Positions 50,872 through 64,000 of a stretch of DNA of 64,000 nt are shown here, in pieces; the stretch's first letter is position 1; each line of letters begins with the position of its first letter. The DNA is from Lingula anatina (Eukaryota; Animalia; Brachiopoda). Location: positions 25,654,225 to 25,718,224 of the forward strand of contig CM120640.1 in NCBI GenBank assembly GCA_051362555.1, in the 5' to 3' direction. The notes beneath the pieces are model-generated. The model saw only the letters and a list, made by a program, of their open reading frames with translations. It did no database searches and was not told where the DNA came from. The position numbers and the translations under genes are program-made.

Positions 50872-52097
50872 ACCCATAGTCTCGTATCAATATACTCTAT
50901 GCCATTTAACACAGCCAGTCTTAAACATATATGTAAGACGCACCAAAGACTGATGGACAACTTATGTAGCTTAAATTGCGTCCACAAATATAAATCGGTA
51001 AAACTGTTTTTTCTACTGCAGTAAACTCTTGGCAGATGTAGCTTTCATTGAAGGGTGCTCTCAGAATCTATTAAAGCTGAAAATAATTAAACATATAGCT
51101 GGCTTCGTAACACGTGCGATCATGCATCAGAATTGATCTTCCCTATTAAAGAGGATCGAAAACTCCAGATGTATAAGAGCTTGTTGGCATCATTTGATTC
51201 GCATCGGGAAATGACAACAACGCATCGAATCGAAGGTTTCCAGAAGTACAGTTAACAGAAGACTTTTAAGTCATGTTCTGAGGCCAAGAACTCTTTAGAC
51301 ATCCTTGTTGACCGAGAAATAGAGAAAGAACCAGAATGGAACCGTCAAATTCATCACCGCCATCTTGGTCACAGGAGGCAAGTCTGGCTTTCTGGTAAAT
51401 CAATATTCATTCTTCATTCTCTTGATGGCAAGCTCTGTGTTCGGTGCCAAGTTTGGGAGAGGTTTGCTTAAGGCTGTGTGCATGGTGGACCTGTTGCTTA
51501 CAGTGGTGGGTCAGTCCATGTTGGATCAGTTGATCCTAAACGACAAGGTAAATGGTGGTGACGTCTGAAGCCAGGTTTCGACGACAAAACTGGTATGCTA
51601 GATCACATCTTGGTCGTGACTTTCTGTTCTAACATGACAATGCCTTACCCCATCGCAGGGGCGTGACCAGACCTTTAAAAATTGTACGCACTGGATTTTC
51701 AAAATTCCCATGTATAGCTAAATGTAGACTTACGCAACGGATGAAGGGCAGTTTAAATAATATGTGCCAAATATAATAGCTTAGTTTTCACCAGTTATAA
51801 AATCATCACTTAAAGTTTAAAATATTTTCACAATATAATCAAGTTCCAGTATATTATTTCACCCAGAACCAACGTTTTTTTTCCAGGATTGGGGTATAGG
51901 CCGTCCAAAATTGCCATTTGTAATTTCCTTCAAAATTTCAGGGCGTCAAACCTTTCCAAGTGCCATGAGCAGGGTGAGGTCTGGGTTAAAATGTAAATGA
52001 AAAAATGTTTTAAAATAATAAATTTCATTGGGGAGGAGGGTTAAAAATAATCGATAACGATTTCACGGTGACGCTCTTTCGCAAAAGAACGCCCTTG

Positions 52098-52330
52098 AAT
52101 GAATCTGAAATTGCTTTTTCTTCTCGCTCGGATCGCGAACAATCGCAGGCTGACGATCTTCTGCGAACGAAGTCCATTGAACGAATATGAAAATTGCCTT
52201 CTCGTCTCGCTGCGGTCGGTAACTATCTCTAGCTCCCGGTCTCTTGAATAAATATGAAAATTGCCTTCTTGCCTCTTTTGGATTGCGAACGATCTCTCGA
52301 TGAAGATATAAAAATTGCCTTTCTTGTCTA
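52098..52330. repeat. Degenerate spaced repeat of about 60-85 bp period (AATATGAAAATTGCCTTCT core)
   Basis: Four related cores at about 52100, 52184, 52251 and 52305. Confidence 0.6.
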
Positions 52331-54040
52331 TCAGCTTTGTCAGGTGCCCTACGTATGAAGGTCCGGAAGGTGTCCCCTTTCATAATGCCACACTTCTTTT
52401 TAAAATGAGCAAGTCGAGCATCTGAACTGACCTCTCTTTACTTGAATATATATCCTACTGAGCTCCTTTGGGGTGGTTTTACGAAATATGAAACAGAATG
52501 TTGGTTTTAAGACAAAAAGTTCGGTCTACTATAAAGCAGCGTGGGTTTAGTCAGTTACTGAAAGACAATTTTTTGGCTTGATTGGCAAAAATTTCGCTGC
52601 TTCAGAGAAACACAAACAATTATTTGTTTTAATAATTTAATTATATTATTACTGATGTAACCCAGACCCCAATGTACTGCAATCTTTTATCTTAACTTCA
52701 GGACCCATAGGTTATAGTGAAACCAATCCCAGGCCACTGAGTACTAGCACATCTCCCTTTTCTATTCATGCTAGACGCATTCCAATGTAAGCTACAACTA
52801 CTAAAATTAATGGAGAGAGTACATTATGAGTGATGTCTAAGTTGGGAGGACCTGAAATAGTTTAGTATTTGAAGATGGCAGCTCTAAATCTACCCTTCTC
52901 CATATTACATGGCCCTCACCCCTTTCGTCTACTGACAGTTACAGTGTAGCTATGTGTCTATTTCTGAAGAGTTATTTAATCAATTGTCATTTTTTAATCA
53001 GCTCTACCGGTACGCATGTAACAAATCATAGGCTATACACGACTGAAACGCTGAAGGGAGGTTTGGCACTCGCCCTACTAACGACATTTAATAGGTTCTA
53101 TGTGTAACTTTCATTTATTACACACGAACATTCAAAAACTGGTCCAAAGACTAATTGCCTGACTGCCTTTCCCTCGAGCCCATCCCATGGTATTGGGGTT
53201 GCTAGTAGACCTATTCATATCATTGGTAAATCTAAAAAAAAAAAAGAATTTTCGAGTTTCCTAGTGCCGCCGAAAAGTAAGCTTACCCTACGCTACAGGT
53301 AATGTTTGTCCTTAACGCCCTGTCGCGGCAACCATGGAAATAACATTGCCTCCATGCAGTGTTCGGTTTATTTCAACAATTGTATCCTACCCTACGCCGT
53401 AGGGTAATTTATACCCTTTATCAGGACCGCAGATTAATTATGTGTACTTTCCAGTGAGAGTAACGAATTTTGTCATGAATTAGCCAGAGACATAACTGTA
53501 TCTAGTGAGAAATCAAGGTGTGGCCCTGACTTTCTGCTGACAGAAGAACCAACTCCTACTCGGATCAGCATGGTGCGCAAGTAAGCGATCGCCCAAAAGT
53601 TAAATGACCTTTGTTGCGTGGCGGTTTCACTCTACTTTGATCATATAAGGTAATACCATGGCCCATAGGAGCCTTCGTGTGCGTCTTTTAGACGCCCCTT
53701 AACATGCAAAAATGACATGCACCGTGCCTATTTTGTATGTTATTAAGCCCTATATAGCAGCGGAATTGACAAGGGCCATGCCGTATACGTCTGGTAATAT
53801 GATACTACTAAGATACCGGGATTTTAAAAATACTTGCCAAGTAACTTGTTAGCGATATTCATGGAAAAACACATTTCTTCCAAGAAGACTTGTCTCTAGT
53901 TTCTGAGAAGGAGCACTGTGTGTCCGTTGGACTGGCTAATTTCGGTTTCCGACAAGAATTACCTGCCAATACTCCTACCATGTAGTTACCATACGGGCTC
54001 TTTTGCCTGACCCTAGGGCGACCATATGGCCTTTCGTTAA

Positions 54041-54638
54041 AGATACATACAAAGTCAATTTTTTGTCATAAAAACCAACCAAATGCCAGCATATAGTTTC
54101 AAGTAGTATAACTAAGGGTGCTTTCCCAGAGATTTAGATCGATCTAAAGATTAAGATTTAGATCGACCTAACTCCCTGGGGGTTCACGATAAATTGCGGT
54201 CAGCCGAGCGGGCACCATAGTTAATTACCCCCTTACTGCTTTTAGTAGGCGGGACAGACGCTTAAGCCGGCCAAGCTGACAGTAATCTAGTGAGACTCCC
54301 CACAGGGATAGATCGATCTAAAAATCTATGGAAATGGGGTGTAGGACAATTACCAAAAGGTATTGTTTAATTTTACCCGAAAGTGATGTTTGAACAGATT
54401 TTTCTGCTAGCATTCTATGCTGTATGTCAATGGGGCAGAAAAGTAGGTCACGAAAGTAGGTTAAATTGACAACCAAAAATTTAAAGAAAGGAGCACTCTA
54501 AAGCTCTTTTATGGCTGATCGGGTGATTTATTCAGTTTATCCCTTGGCATGTCGAATTTTTTAGAGTCGTGCAAGAAACTAGTAGAAGTGGTGTTACTGG
54601 GAATCCACGCTCCACCGATGCTCGGTTCGTATGTACCT
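54041..54638. mobile_element. Kolobok-like MITE
   Basis: TTAA|AGATACATACAAA ... TTCGTATGTACCT|TTAA. The left 75 bp is also present at about 25814-25890. Confidence 0.7.
54116..54341 (+). mobile_element. Harbinger-like MITE nested in the Kolobok-like element
   Basis: Near-identical to 27277-27502, with TAA/TAG flanks. Confidence 0.9.
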
Positions 54639-57600
54639 TTAAGATTTTTATTTTTTTTGGACAAAGGCAAATATTGTGTGTTTTCGTGACAGAGAAGATA
54701 TCAATTTTCTTGTCTGTCTGACCCTACGTGTGTTAGGTGTGTGTATGTGTCTGGTTTCGCCAATGTGCGTTTCAGTCCTCTTCACTATGTGGGGGACCCA
54801 CTAAATTGGGATCGTTGGCACTCATTTTAAAGTGTGCGTGTAGGTTCAACATTATGAGACTGTGCCGGTTTTAAACCAAAATTTCAAAAATTTCTTTACG
54901 TTCTTTTCCAAGACGAACCACCTACTTCTGAGCTATATGTGGCGCGCATTATTGTTGGCTTTATATTTTTCTTTTAAGACACACTTTTTATACCCTTTTC
55001 TCGTCTCAGGTTCATACAGCCCTTCGGCAGGCTTTATATGTACACTGTAACATCCAACTATAAAAATACCTGCGCGAACCACGGGACCTACAAGGGCCAT
55101 CCCCATGACTACGTTGGATATTAAGTCACAAAACTTAAAAACTGTTTATGTCCAAAGTTCGCTACAATCTAATAAGTGAACTAAGTCGTGCTTTAGTTAT
55201 TCAACAGGCTCGGCGTGTTGCGTGTTATGGTTCTTCGGGTTTCAGTGTTACATGTAGTTTGAGATTTGATAAGCTGCACTGATCATGTAAGAAACAAATG
55301 CGAGGTCATATAATATCGCCAAGGATTTTGAAATTAGGCAATTGAAATAAATTCTTGCAAAACATAAATTTATTGAATAAGAGAAGTAAAGTGCATTTAA
55401 TGATTGCATTTACACAATTCATTAAATCTGGCTGTTGCTTCTTAGGCATGGAGATAACCCACTACCATTGTGGGAAATCATGCGATTCGCAGATTCATTT
55501 TTTGAGCTAAGGTATGTCATATCGTTATGCGGTTTCTGTTCAAAGCACTTATTAGGCTGCAAACTGATGCATTCATGCATTACATGTAGTTCTACATAAA
55601 GCCGAAGGAATTTTTTTTCATATTTGACATTCAAATAACACGGCAATCTCGTTGGAAGTTATGAAAAATCTTCTGAATGAACTAGGAAAACGTTAACAAA
55701 GGTCCCAAAGAGAATTTAAGAAAAACTGTGTTGGTTCTTACAGCCCTCTGTTTATTAAACCTACCAGTAATGGAATCGCCTTGTGAGTAGAGAGGATTCA
55801 CAATGGCCAGTGGCTCAGGGTAACTACGGTACCCTCTACCAGGGCCACAGACATACAGTTTGTATATTTTTACTCAAAATTCATAGATATTTCTCTGGTT
55901 ATTTAGTAACTGTGCAAATTTTTATTCTGTGAGTTTTTTTAGGACAATAACTACAGAGCATAAGTTATCACGCAGCCTTCCCCTGTTCAAATAGAGAGTG
56001 CAGTACCAGCTCCAAATGCATTTGGCCTATGTAGTTTTCAGTTAAATACTAACGTCACGGTGCATGATGGCGATATTTCCCATTCCTTTATTCTAGGACA
56101 TAGGCCTAAAAATTCGAATACAGTATTCACAAGCATAAAGTTCTTTGCTTGAAAATTTAAAAATAACCTCATGGCGGGATTGTTTTTTGTGTTGTTTTTG
56201 TTTCGAGAATCGTTCAGTGTAGTAAATACATTGTGCCTTCCTACCTTACATGTCAGTTCACTAATAAGCAAATTATATACACGTACATGTATCAACTGGT
56301 GACACTATACTGTTTTGTGCTTTTGATTAACAAATTTATTATATCTTCATAAATGAGAATTATCAATCATAAGCCGGAAAATTTTCATACCGTTAACTTA
56401 CGGTCAACCTGGACGTAGGCCTTCATCACACTGATGTGAGTAGATGTTGACACTCACTGACCGCTAGGTGGTATAGAGTCCAGGACCCTCTTGTAAATGT
56501 CAGAAAGAATAAAACAAATAACTATAAATGCAGAGAGGGTAGCATCAAACCTGCTGCGTATATAGGCTAACACTTAGTGCATTGGTATTTGTATAATAGA
56601 CAGCATATACATGTACATATCACTTATGACAAAACATAATTTTGCCTTTCGACACAAATTATTCCCCATAATTATGTGATTGTCCCGAATACTGTTATTA
56701 ATTCATTGTATTTCTACTACTGCAGGCGCTATAACAGTTGTAATGACAGGTGTACAGAGACATCTGAGAAATAAATGCCTTCATAGAGACGTCTGTCTGT
56801 CTGTCTGAGAAAATGATCCTAGACTGGTTTGATCGTAACGGTTGTTGATGTATGTTTTAAGTGACGTACGAATTGTGACAACATCGATAGTGGTTGTTCA
56901 GTGATAGCATGTTTGAATTTTCAAACTGCAAATAAGAGAAGTTCCGTTTCCAATCTCTTCGATGCCACCATAACGGGAGTACTAGCAGTAGTAACATTCA
57001 CCTCACTAACAGTTTAATGTCAAACTAGTTAATAATAAAAGCCGAGGATCTTTGGTAAAAAAAAATTTTAAAAAATCTCCAAGGCGAATTGGGATATAGT
57101 TTCTATTTATGGCCCATAGATCATAAGATAGGTGTTTATTATGTGAGTAAATGGATTCCAGTAGCTGTTCCCACGACTCAATCTCGCGGCGAGAGTGTAA
57201 TATTTTTCACCTTAAGTTTCTAATTAGTACCATCGATCACTTTCCCCACCCTGGTGTCTCCAAAATGCCTTTAAAAATCAACCGTGCGGAGCAAAACGAG
57301 CCAAGTTCATTTTATCTTGATGCCCCCCCCCCCCTCTACCATAGTTATATCATCTGCAGTCTCAATAGTCCATAACAGATTCACCAATCTCACCAATCTT
57401 GAGAATTTTTTGTGGTTGTTGTTTAATCCCAGCAGACCCGAATGCACCCTGACATTTTAGTGCTCATACATAAATGGATAGGGATATTAACGAATGAATA
57501 ATCAATGTCCAGGCTGGTAGTTGTAAACAAAATATGTCCAAACTCAATACTTGAAGTACTGATTTTGGGCCGCTTGGAGAATTTTACTTGGTACAGTACG

Positions 57601-58897
57601 AACCTTGGTAACTTTTCGCACAATGTGTCCAATGATGTGCGAATGAATAACCAAACTTGTCCCAATATTTGCAGAAATAAAACCTTCGTAGACAATGAAA
57701 CTAATTATTTTTCTAAGTCTAGCAGAACGTTTTGAGCGGTCAAAACGATGACGTACACGTGATAATTCCTGCTTATGATGTCGGACGAAAATAACTTAAA
57801 GTGCAACTCTTAAAAACTAATAAAACAGACTGATCTTTGTGAGCCTCTGGTAGAGGACTGTGTGTAGAATAATTTCTATACTTAGACTGAGTTAAGTTTG
57901 TTAAGAATGTTAAGTTTGATTGTTTACAGGTATTGAAATTGATAAAGTGAACCAAGGAAGCAGTTGCATGAACTGACCGACAAAAGACGGTGCCTTTTCC
58001 CTTCCTTTTCAATTATATCGATTCATAACGTTAAACCTTTAATTCCAAGATGTACAGTATAAACCAGTTTATCCGTCATAAAAGTCTGTGATTCATGACC
58101 TTTTGTGCGGTATCAAAGCTTACCCTAAAAGCAATTTTAGTTCTACATATTTTAATTAAAGGCTTAGACAACTTCAAAGCAACGTTGAGTCACTTACAAC
58201 GATTCATCAACACCTAACATAACTACTGAGTAGCTACGTTTCATTTTAGTTGTTAGCAATTAAAGTATACCGCTGCCAAAGCTAGCAAAATTTTACGGTT
58301 GATTCTATCAGTGTTCACACTGTTTGCTACATGTAAGCAATCACAATTACATGACTATCTACAGCGTAGCACGAAGTTCAGTTTGTATCACGGTAGTTTT
58401 GGAGGTCTTACCTGTGATCAATAACATATATGGGTCCTACTTCAACAAACTCCATCTTTCGCGTATTGAAAGTCACATGCAGACGCCATGCAGCCCAAAT
58501 AATATAGACTACAATAGCTATTTTGCACGCACGTACGTACAAATAATTAACATTACCGAAGGAAATAAAAATAATGTCTGCGCTATAACACAGTTCCAGA
58601 TGACAAATGGGCGATATTTTACAAAAATATCACTCGATTGTATCCGCACATTGTACGATTTTACACCTAATTCAGATTAATGGTATACACTTTATCAAAA
58701 ATCAGACTGAAAGTAAAATAAAGATAACCAGACACTTTTCTTTTTCAGGCACAAATTCCATGATTTCACTACAGGTACGCTTTGTTAATTAAACTCGGAA
58801 CAACTGGCAGCAGTCAAATGGAAATGGTCACAATAAAATCTTAGGCATTACTCATTGCTAAAATATATTGAAAAAGCTCACCAACTGGTTACAAGTA

Positions 58898-59909
58898 GGG
58901 GAGACCGGGGCTAGTTGGCCCAGTTAGACACTTTTAGCCTTGTAGAGCCAACTAGGAATGAGTTAGAGTAACAAAACCGGTTTTAAAGTAAGCCCCATGA
59001 ACTAAGCTACGTATGCAACGTCATTATTTTTCAAATATAATGCCAGATGGCTCACAATTTGACAAAAAACGCAGTTGACGTCAGGGGGGCCACGGGGCAA
59101 GTTGGCCCCAGGGTCGGGGCAAGTTGGCCCCCTATACAAAAATGAAGTAAATTTACCATGTAAACGCCTTGAATTACATTATTATACATTTTTAATTTAT
59201 TAAATTGATTTTTGAGATTCTTTGATGAATAAATAGTTCAAATGAGGCAGATTTATTGAGGTTTCCGTACGTCACGTTGTAGGGGGGTCTATGTGTTGCA
59301 AGAACCAAAATATCTATCAACAGAATTTGTTTTGTTTTAATAAAGAATAAATTAATGATGGTATAAAGCAGGTTTTTAATGAAAGAAAACGAATAATAAA
59401 TTTTCGTTTAAAAAGACAGGAACAAATTCAGTTTTAAACCATCGAGTTTGTTTTAACAATGGTCTCTAGCTCTGTTGCGCGCAAAGGTTTGTGGGTAATA
59501 TGATGGTCCAACTTGCCCCGAGTCAAGGGGGCCAACTAGCCCCGGGTGCACACTTTTTATTTTAAAGGATGGCAGCATTTATGGTGCTAGAATGAGCAAC
59601 GATGATACATCTCTGTGAAACTTGAAACAATGAGCTTCAGTTTGATGCCCTATACATATATTATATTTGATCAAAAGCCTATGAAAATAGATTTTTAAAT
59701 CTCTTAAACAAAACTACTTTTAGGTGCAAAAATCGTTTATTTCGACTCACCGCTTAAGTAAAACTTTTTAACGTCCGACACTTCCCTAGCATTGTAGGCT
59801 ACAGTCACTTTACAAGAGTATGTGGCCAATTTTTTTACCCCGTAGTTACTTTTTCATAAATTGACGGGGGGGCAACTTACCCCGGGGTCCAACTAGCCCC
59901 GGTCTCCCC
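58898..59909. mobile_element. TA-flanked MITE (pogo/Tc1-mariner-like)
   Basis: TIR GGGGAGACCGGGGCTAGTTGG with a TA TSD and internal CGGGGCAAGTTGGCCCC repeats in both orientations. Confidence 0.88.
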
Positions 59910-60984
59910 TATCAGTTAGAAACCGTTCAGCGGTCAGTCATTTCGGCGTTTCTAGTAATGTGACGAAGTTCAACGTATTTTATATAATTATTTTAATTGA
60001 AATTTTAATTTGAAGACACGATCGGGTAGGCCTATATATAATTTTCATACCTACCATTGTTTAACATAATATGGAACATTCGTTCCAAATTAAATTAGCC
60101 TACTCTTATGACAGCATTTGATCATTCACAATGGCAGTCCCCAAAAAATCTTACGTTTTGCAGAGATAGGCATACTGTATTCTCGTTATGACACAAATGG
60201 ATGATCATTATTAAATGGAAGGTTTTGTTGGACACTGTAAAATGTGTCATCATGTTCTCGATTTATTCAATTATAATCCTCTTGGGTATGGAAATCATAA
60301 CAAGTAAAAACAATATACATGTATTTACAATATACATGTATTTTCAAACGATAAGTAATGTGCTCTGTTAAATATAATCATATTTATTTTCTGCAATATT
60401 GAAGATAAGTAAGTACTGGAATGGTTTGCCTGGCGATCAATACTTTGGTGGTGGGGGAGATAATATGTTTTTTCTAGCAAATTCTTTATATGAATGAACG
60501 CTTCTTCGAAGATAGTAGTTTTAATGACCCAAATACCAGCGTTGCTATGGTAGTTATAATGCCATCATGTGCTACGTGTACTTCAGGGTCACGGTCGAAA
60601 TGTCGAGGGGGGAAACAGGCCGATTGGGGAGGTTCACTAACAACCGCCAAGGGGTTCACATTCGATAAGTCCAATTTGATGTCCTGTCACAGGCTCTAAG
60701 TTACGTCTTAATTGATTTTGGAATGGTTTCCTAACGTTAAAGGTAATTGTCCTTTGACATGCAAAAACCCGTCCCTAGGTCATTGAGTATTACATTTCAA
60801 GTATGTTTCAGTATGTTTAGTCTACAATCCACTCCTCCTTAACTAGCACTTGAAATCAAATTCCAAATGAATGTCAAGCCTTAATTAATACACCCCCAAA
60901 AAAATATAAAGGGGTTTTATTCCACAGCCAAATAGTGACCCTAACTGACCTGACAAGGTAACTTTTTTACACTTAAAATAGTCG

Positions 60985-61170
60985 ACTTACCGGTACCTCC
61001 TGGTGCTGCACGATCACTTACGTGAAGGCTGCTATCAATTACTTTTGTTGTTCATCTGCTGGTCGTCTCGGTTTCATAGCCGTGATGACAGGATCACTCA
61101 TTGGTTTATCAACTTATCCCTCTCTACCCTCGGCGAGAATCTCGGGATATAGGCCTATATATACTATAAT
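60985..61170 (-). promoter_or_regulatory. Candidate promoter and non-coding first exon of the receptor gene
   Basis: Minus-strand TATATATA at 61163-61156, followed by two GTAAGT donors at 61021 and 60990. The coding exon has an acceptor, so an upstream exon must exist somewhere. Confidence 0.25.
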
Positions 61171-62349
61171 GCACATTAATTCCACACGGCATCCTTCTTG
61201 ACATTAATTTGCGGTTGCTGAATGTGACGTTGACGAAGTAGTAGGTTACACATATTCATTTGGCAATTTTGCCACTCTTCCTTTTGTACACATGGTTCCT
61301 ATCTGCTAATGGAACAAAGTGGCATGTGAAATTCAACGCTTAAATGAGTTTTGAAGGTTATGAGGTGAAATACTAATGTTCTGAAAGATAGAACTGCTCT
61401 CGGAAACCAAAGTGTTTTTAGTTGGGTACATTGATACAGTGTAGGCTACTTAGCGCATGTTCTCTTGTAAAAAGTTGGAGCATGAGTAAGGAGGTTGCAT
61501 GTCAAAAACTTTTCAACTGTTGTGTAACGTAGGCGCACTTGGATGAATCTTAAGCAGAAAAATTCGAAATAGTAACCTATGAATTTGATTATTGTTTGAC
61601 AGCTTCCTGTTGTACTGCAAGAGAATAGTACCCGTCGTGTTACAAGTATTCTGTTACTTGTGACTTACTTTGAGTCCTCCATACTTCTATCCACCATGAC
61701 CCTCAATTGCGCCTTTATTAGGAAAACAATTTTGTGGAAAACAGTGATAATGTGCCATCCACTCATATGCTTCTGTGACCCCTGTACCATGATCCTTTGC
61801 CTCAGTAGACAGTAACGAGCTGTACGTACCATAAGCTGTGGGCGATGGGTGTGAATGCAGACGTCGGTCTGCTCCCTTAATTTAAAGCTAAACGATCAAA
61901 ACTTTTCTTGGCACGTCTTTGTGCTGCTGAATCTCTTCACCCAGCTGCTCAATTAAGCTGATTTAAAAGCCCCGGTCTCTTGAGGATAAATTCAATATAC
62001 GGATGTGATAGATGGGGTTTTCCGCTGTAAATTATCCTGTATATGAATTTTTTTAACTGGACAGCTCGGTAAAATGTTTGAACTTGTGCCCCTTTCCCCA
62101 CTTTAAGCAAAATTCTGGACACAACCAGTGTCAAATTATAATAGGCCTACATAAAACTTCTGACTAAAAGCCTCCACCCTCAATTCTGTAAAGGGTACAA
62201 AAAAAGCTTACATGAGGGTTCTACTGCAAAATGTCATATGCACTGTAGGTGACTTTTATCACGCAGTCTTTATGCCCCGGCAGGTAACAGATCAATTAAC
62301 CCATCGAGGGCATTCTCATATTTCTTGCAACCCCTACATGCACGCTGCC

Positions 62350-62387
<38 letters not shown>

Positions 62388-62600
62388 TACCAGTTGCAGG
62401 ATGACCTCATGATTGCATGGTGACACCGTCATAAAAAAAACTTTCTCGCTTTGAACGCGATTTTACCGAGATTGGTTTCATCATATACCGCTAACGATAT
62501 AGTTAATACCGGTAGGTGATACTTGAAATTGCGCACGGATGAACATTTTGTCGTCGGTGCTCGCACTGTAGATAGATCACGATGGAGAGCTTCAGTGAAT

Positions 62601-62896
62601 GGCCCCATTCAGAATGAGAAGAGCCAAGTCCTAGCTAGGTCACGACCTAAATATGGCGGACCTACATGAAAGGAAGACCGCTTAATCCTGTAATGGTCTC
62701 TCCACCTCTCACACGCCTCTCCACGCGTCGTCCCTGCGGGGGCACAATAATTAGATTTCGTCTCAATGCAACCGGTCGAGGCGTGTGAGAGGCGGAGAGA
62801 CCATTACAGTATTAAGCGGTATTCCTTTCATGTAGGTCAGCCATATTTAGGCCGTGGCCAAGCTAGCACTCGGCTCTTCTCATTCTGAATGGTCCC
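62601..62896. mobile_element. Palindromic MITE with about 120-bp arms
   Basis: CCATTCAGAATGAGAAGAGCC...CACACGCCTC is mirrored by GAGGCGTGTG...CTCATTCTGAATGG. A partial arm copy lies at about 47938-48010, in receptor intron 1. Confidence 0.85.
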
Positions 62897-63315
62897 AATG
62901 AATCTGGTGGACCTTTTTTTGTACGCGCTGTACCGCATTACGTGACGGTTTACAAGCGCGTCTAATCTCTTGCATGCTGGAGTGAAATGAACCATTAACC
63001 AGAATATGAGGCATGAGTACGTTGGTTGTACAGGTACATTGGTCGATGTACATTGTCTTGTCCCATATAAGCCTTGATGTCTTAATCATCCAGTGTTCGT
63101 CTGCTGTTTTAATGTCTGACGTGCTTTATCTAGCATCCCATCATTTCGTAAAAGAAACTAAAGCCCTGAGAAACCATTCATTTCATCTGCTGTCAACAAT
63201 GATGAAGGACTCGCCAAGTATAGCTTTCACATTTAATTTGTCTACCAACATATTGAAAGGTGGGATTGAAAACAGATTATCTTCAAACATGCAAAGGGCT
63301 TTCTCTTTTGTATAG

Positions 63316-63354
<39 letters not shown>

Positions 63355-64000
63355 ATATTTTCTTGGATATACTTAGGATCTATCAAAGGTTCAGACCAAA
63401 TACTCGTATCTAGCCTTTTAGTATTTCAAGTTGAGAATGAAGGAAAAGCACCACTGCATATATGATATTGTTTTCAAAAGTGCCTCGTTGAGTACAATAA
63501 TTATTATCGGCACTGCCAAGACAACCTTATTTGTCAGCATTAGTCTCTTCTCACCTTTTTTTGTTTTTACACTGTATCTGCATTAACATGGCGTGAAACA
63601 AAAAGAGATGTGTTAAAAAGGCCGAGGTTATCTTGCAAAAAATGTTGTGGAAAAGCTTTTAGTTTCATTTTCCGAAGCCAGAGTGACAGAGCGTAAATAA
63701 GTGTATTATGATATCGGTTTTCATCCATCATGTTCGTGGCAAACCCGAGTCCTAATCATAACATTGTGCGGTGTCATCCATAAGTTTAATGGTTTTCTGC
63801 TCCCCCGTCATCCTATTGACGGTCGTAAATGGACCATCGTCTGATATATCATGTTGTATTTCTCCCATTTATTGATAAATGTGATAGACGAGGCTTAATG
63901 CAAAATAATTACCACTAGATTAATCAGCTGTTGAGTGCAGGGAAGAGCCTGTTGCGTAGTTGGCTAAGTAAAGCCAATGGATCAATCGTGTTAAGTTGGG

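Noticed and set aside
60486-60699. Small GC-richer ORFs as exons
   Set aside because: No recognisable homology and no convincing splice-site pair.
63000-63460. Minus-strand LFSIPPFNML..W resembling the DIRS methyltransferase-like region
   Set aside because: The similarity is too weak by eye, with stops and a (TG)n interruption. It needs a profile search.

Overview
This is AT-rich animal genomic DNA, not a prokaryotic window. A marine invertebrate such as an echinoderm is inferred from the transposon repertoire but not proven. It holds one clear host gene on the minus strand: a thyrotropin-releasing-hormone-receptor (TRHR)-like class A GPCR. A single TM1-TM5 exon (49336-48452) is followed by two intact, diverged paralogous TM6-TM7 exons (46195-45977 and 44219-43911), each with a phase-0 acceptor, plus a candidate extra tail exon (43349-43114). 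This points to a mutually exclusive exon system that swaps half of the ligand pocket and the C-terminal tail, and it is the most interesting feature here. The rest is mostly decayed transposons: three Tc1 relics, an L2/CR1 fragment, three Penelope fragments carrying hammerhead-ribozyme motifs, and a Ngaro/DIRS tyrosine-recombinase retrotransposon with split direct repeats. There is also a solo LTR and many MITEs (Harbinger-, piggyBac-, Kolobok-, Academ-, EnSpm-, MULE-, hAT- and pogo-like). An old local duplication (about 11985-17864 versus 25646-28528) supplies paired empty and filled insertion sites. All calls are by eye; no database search was run.
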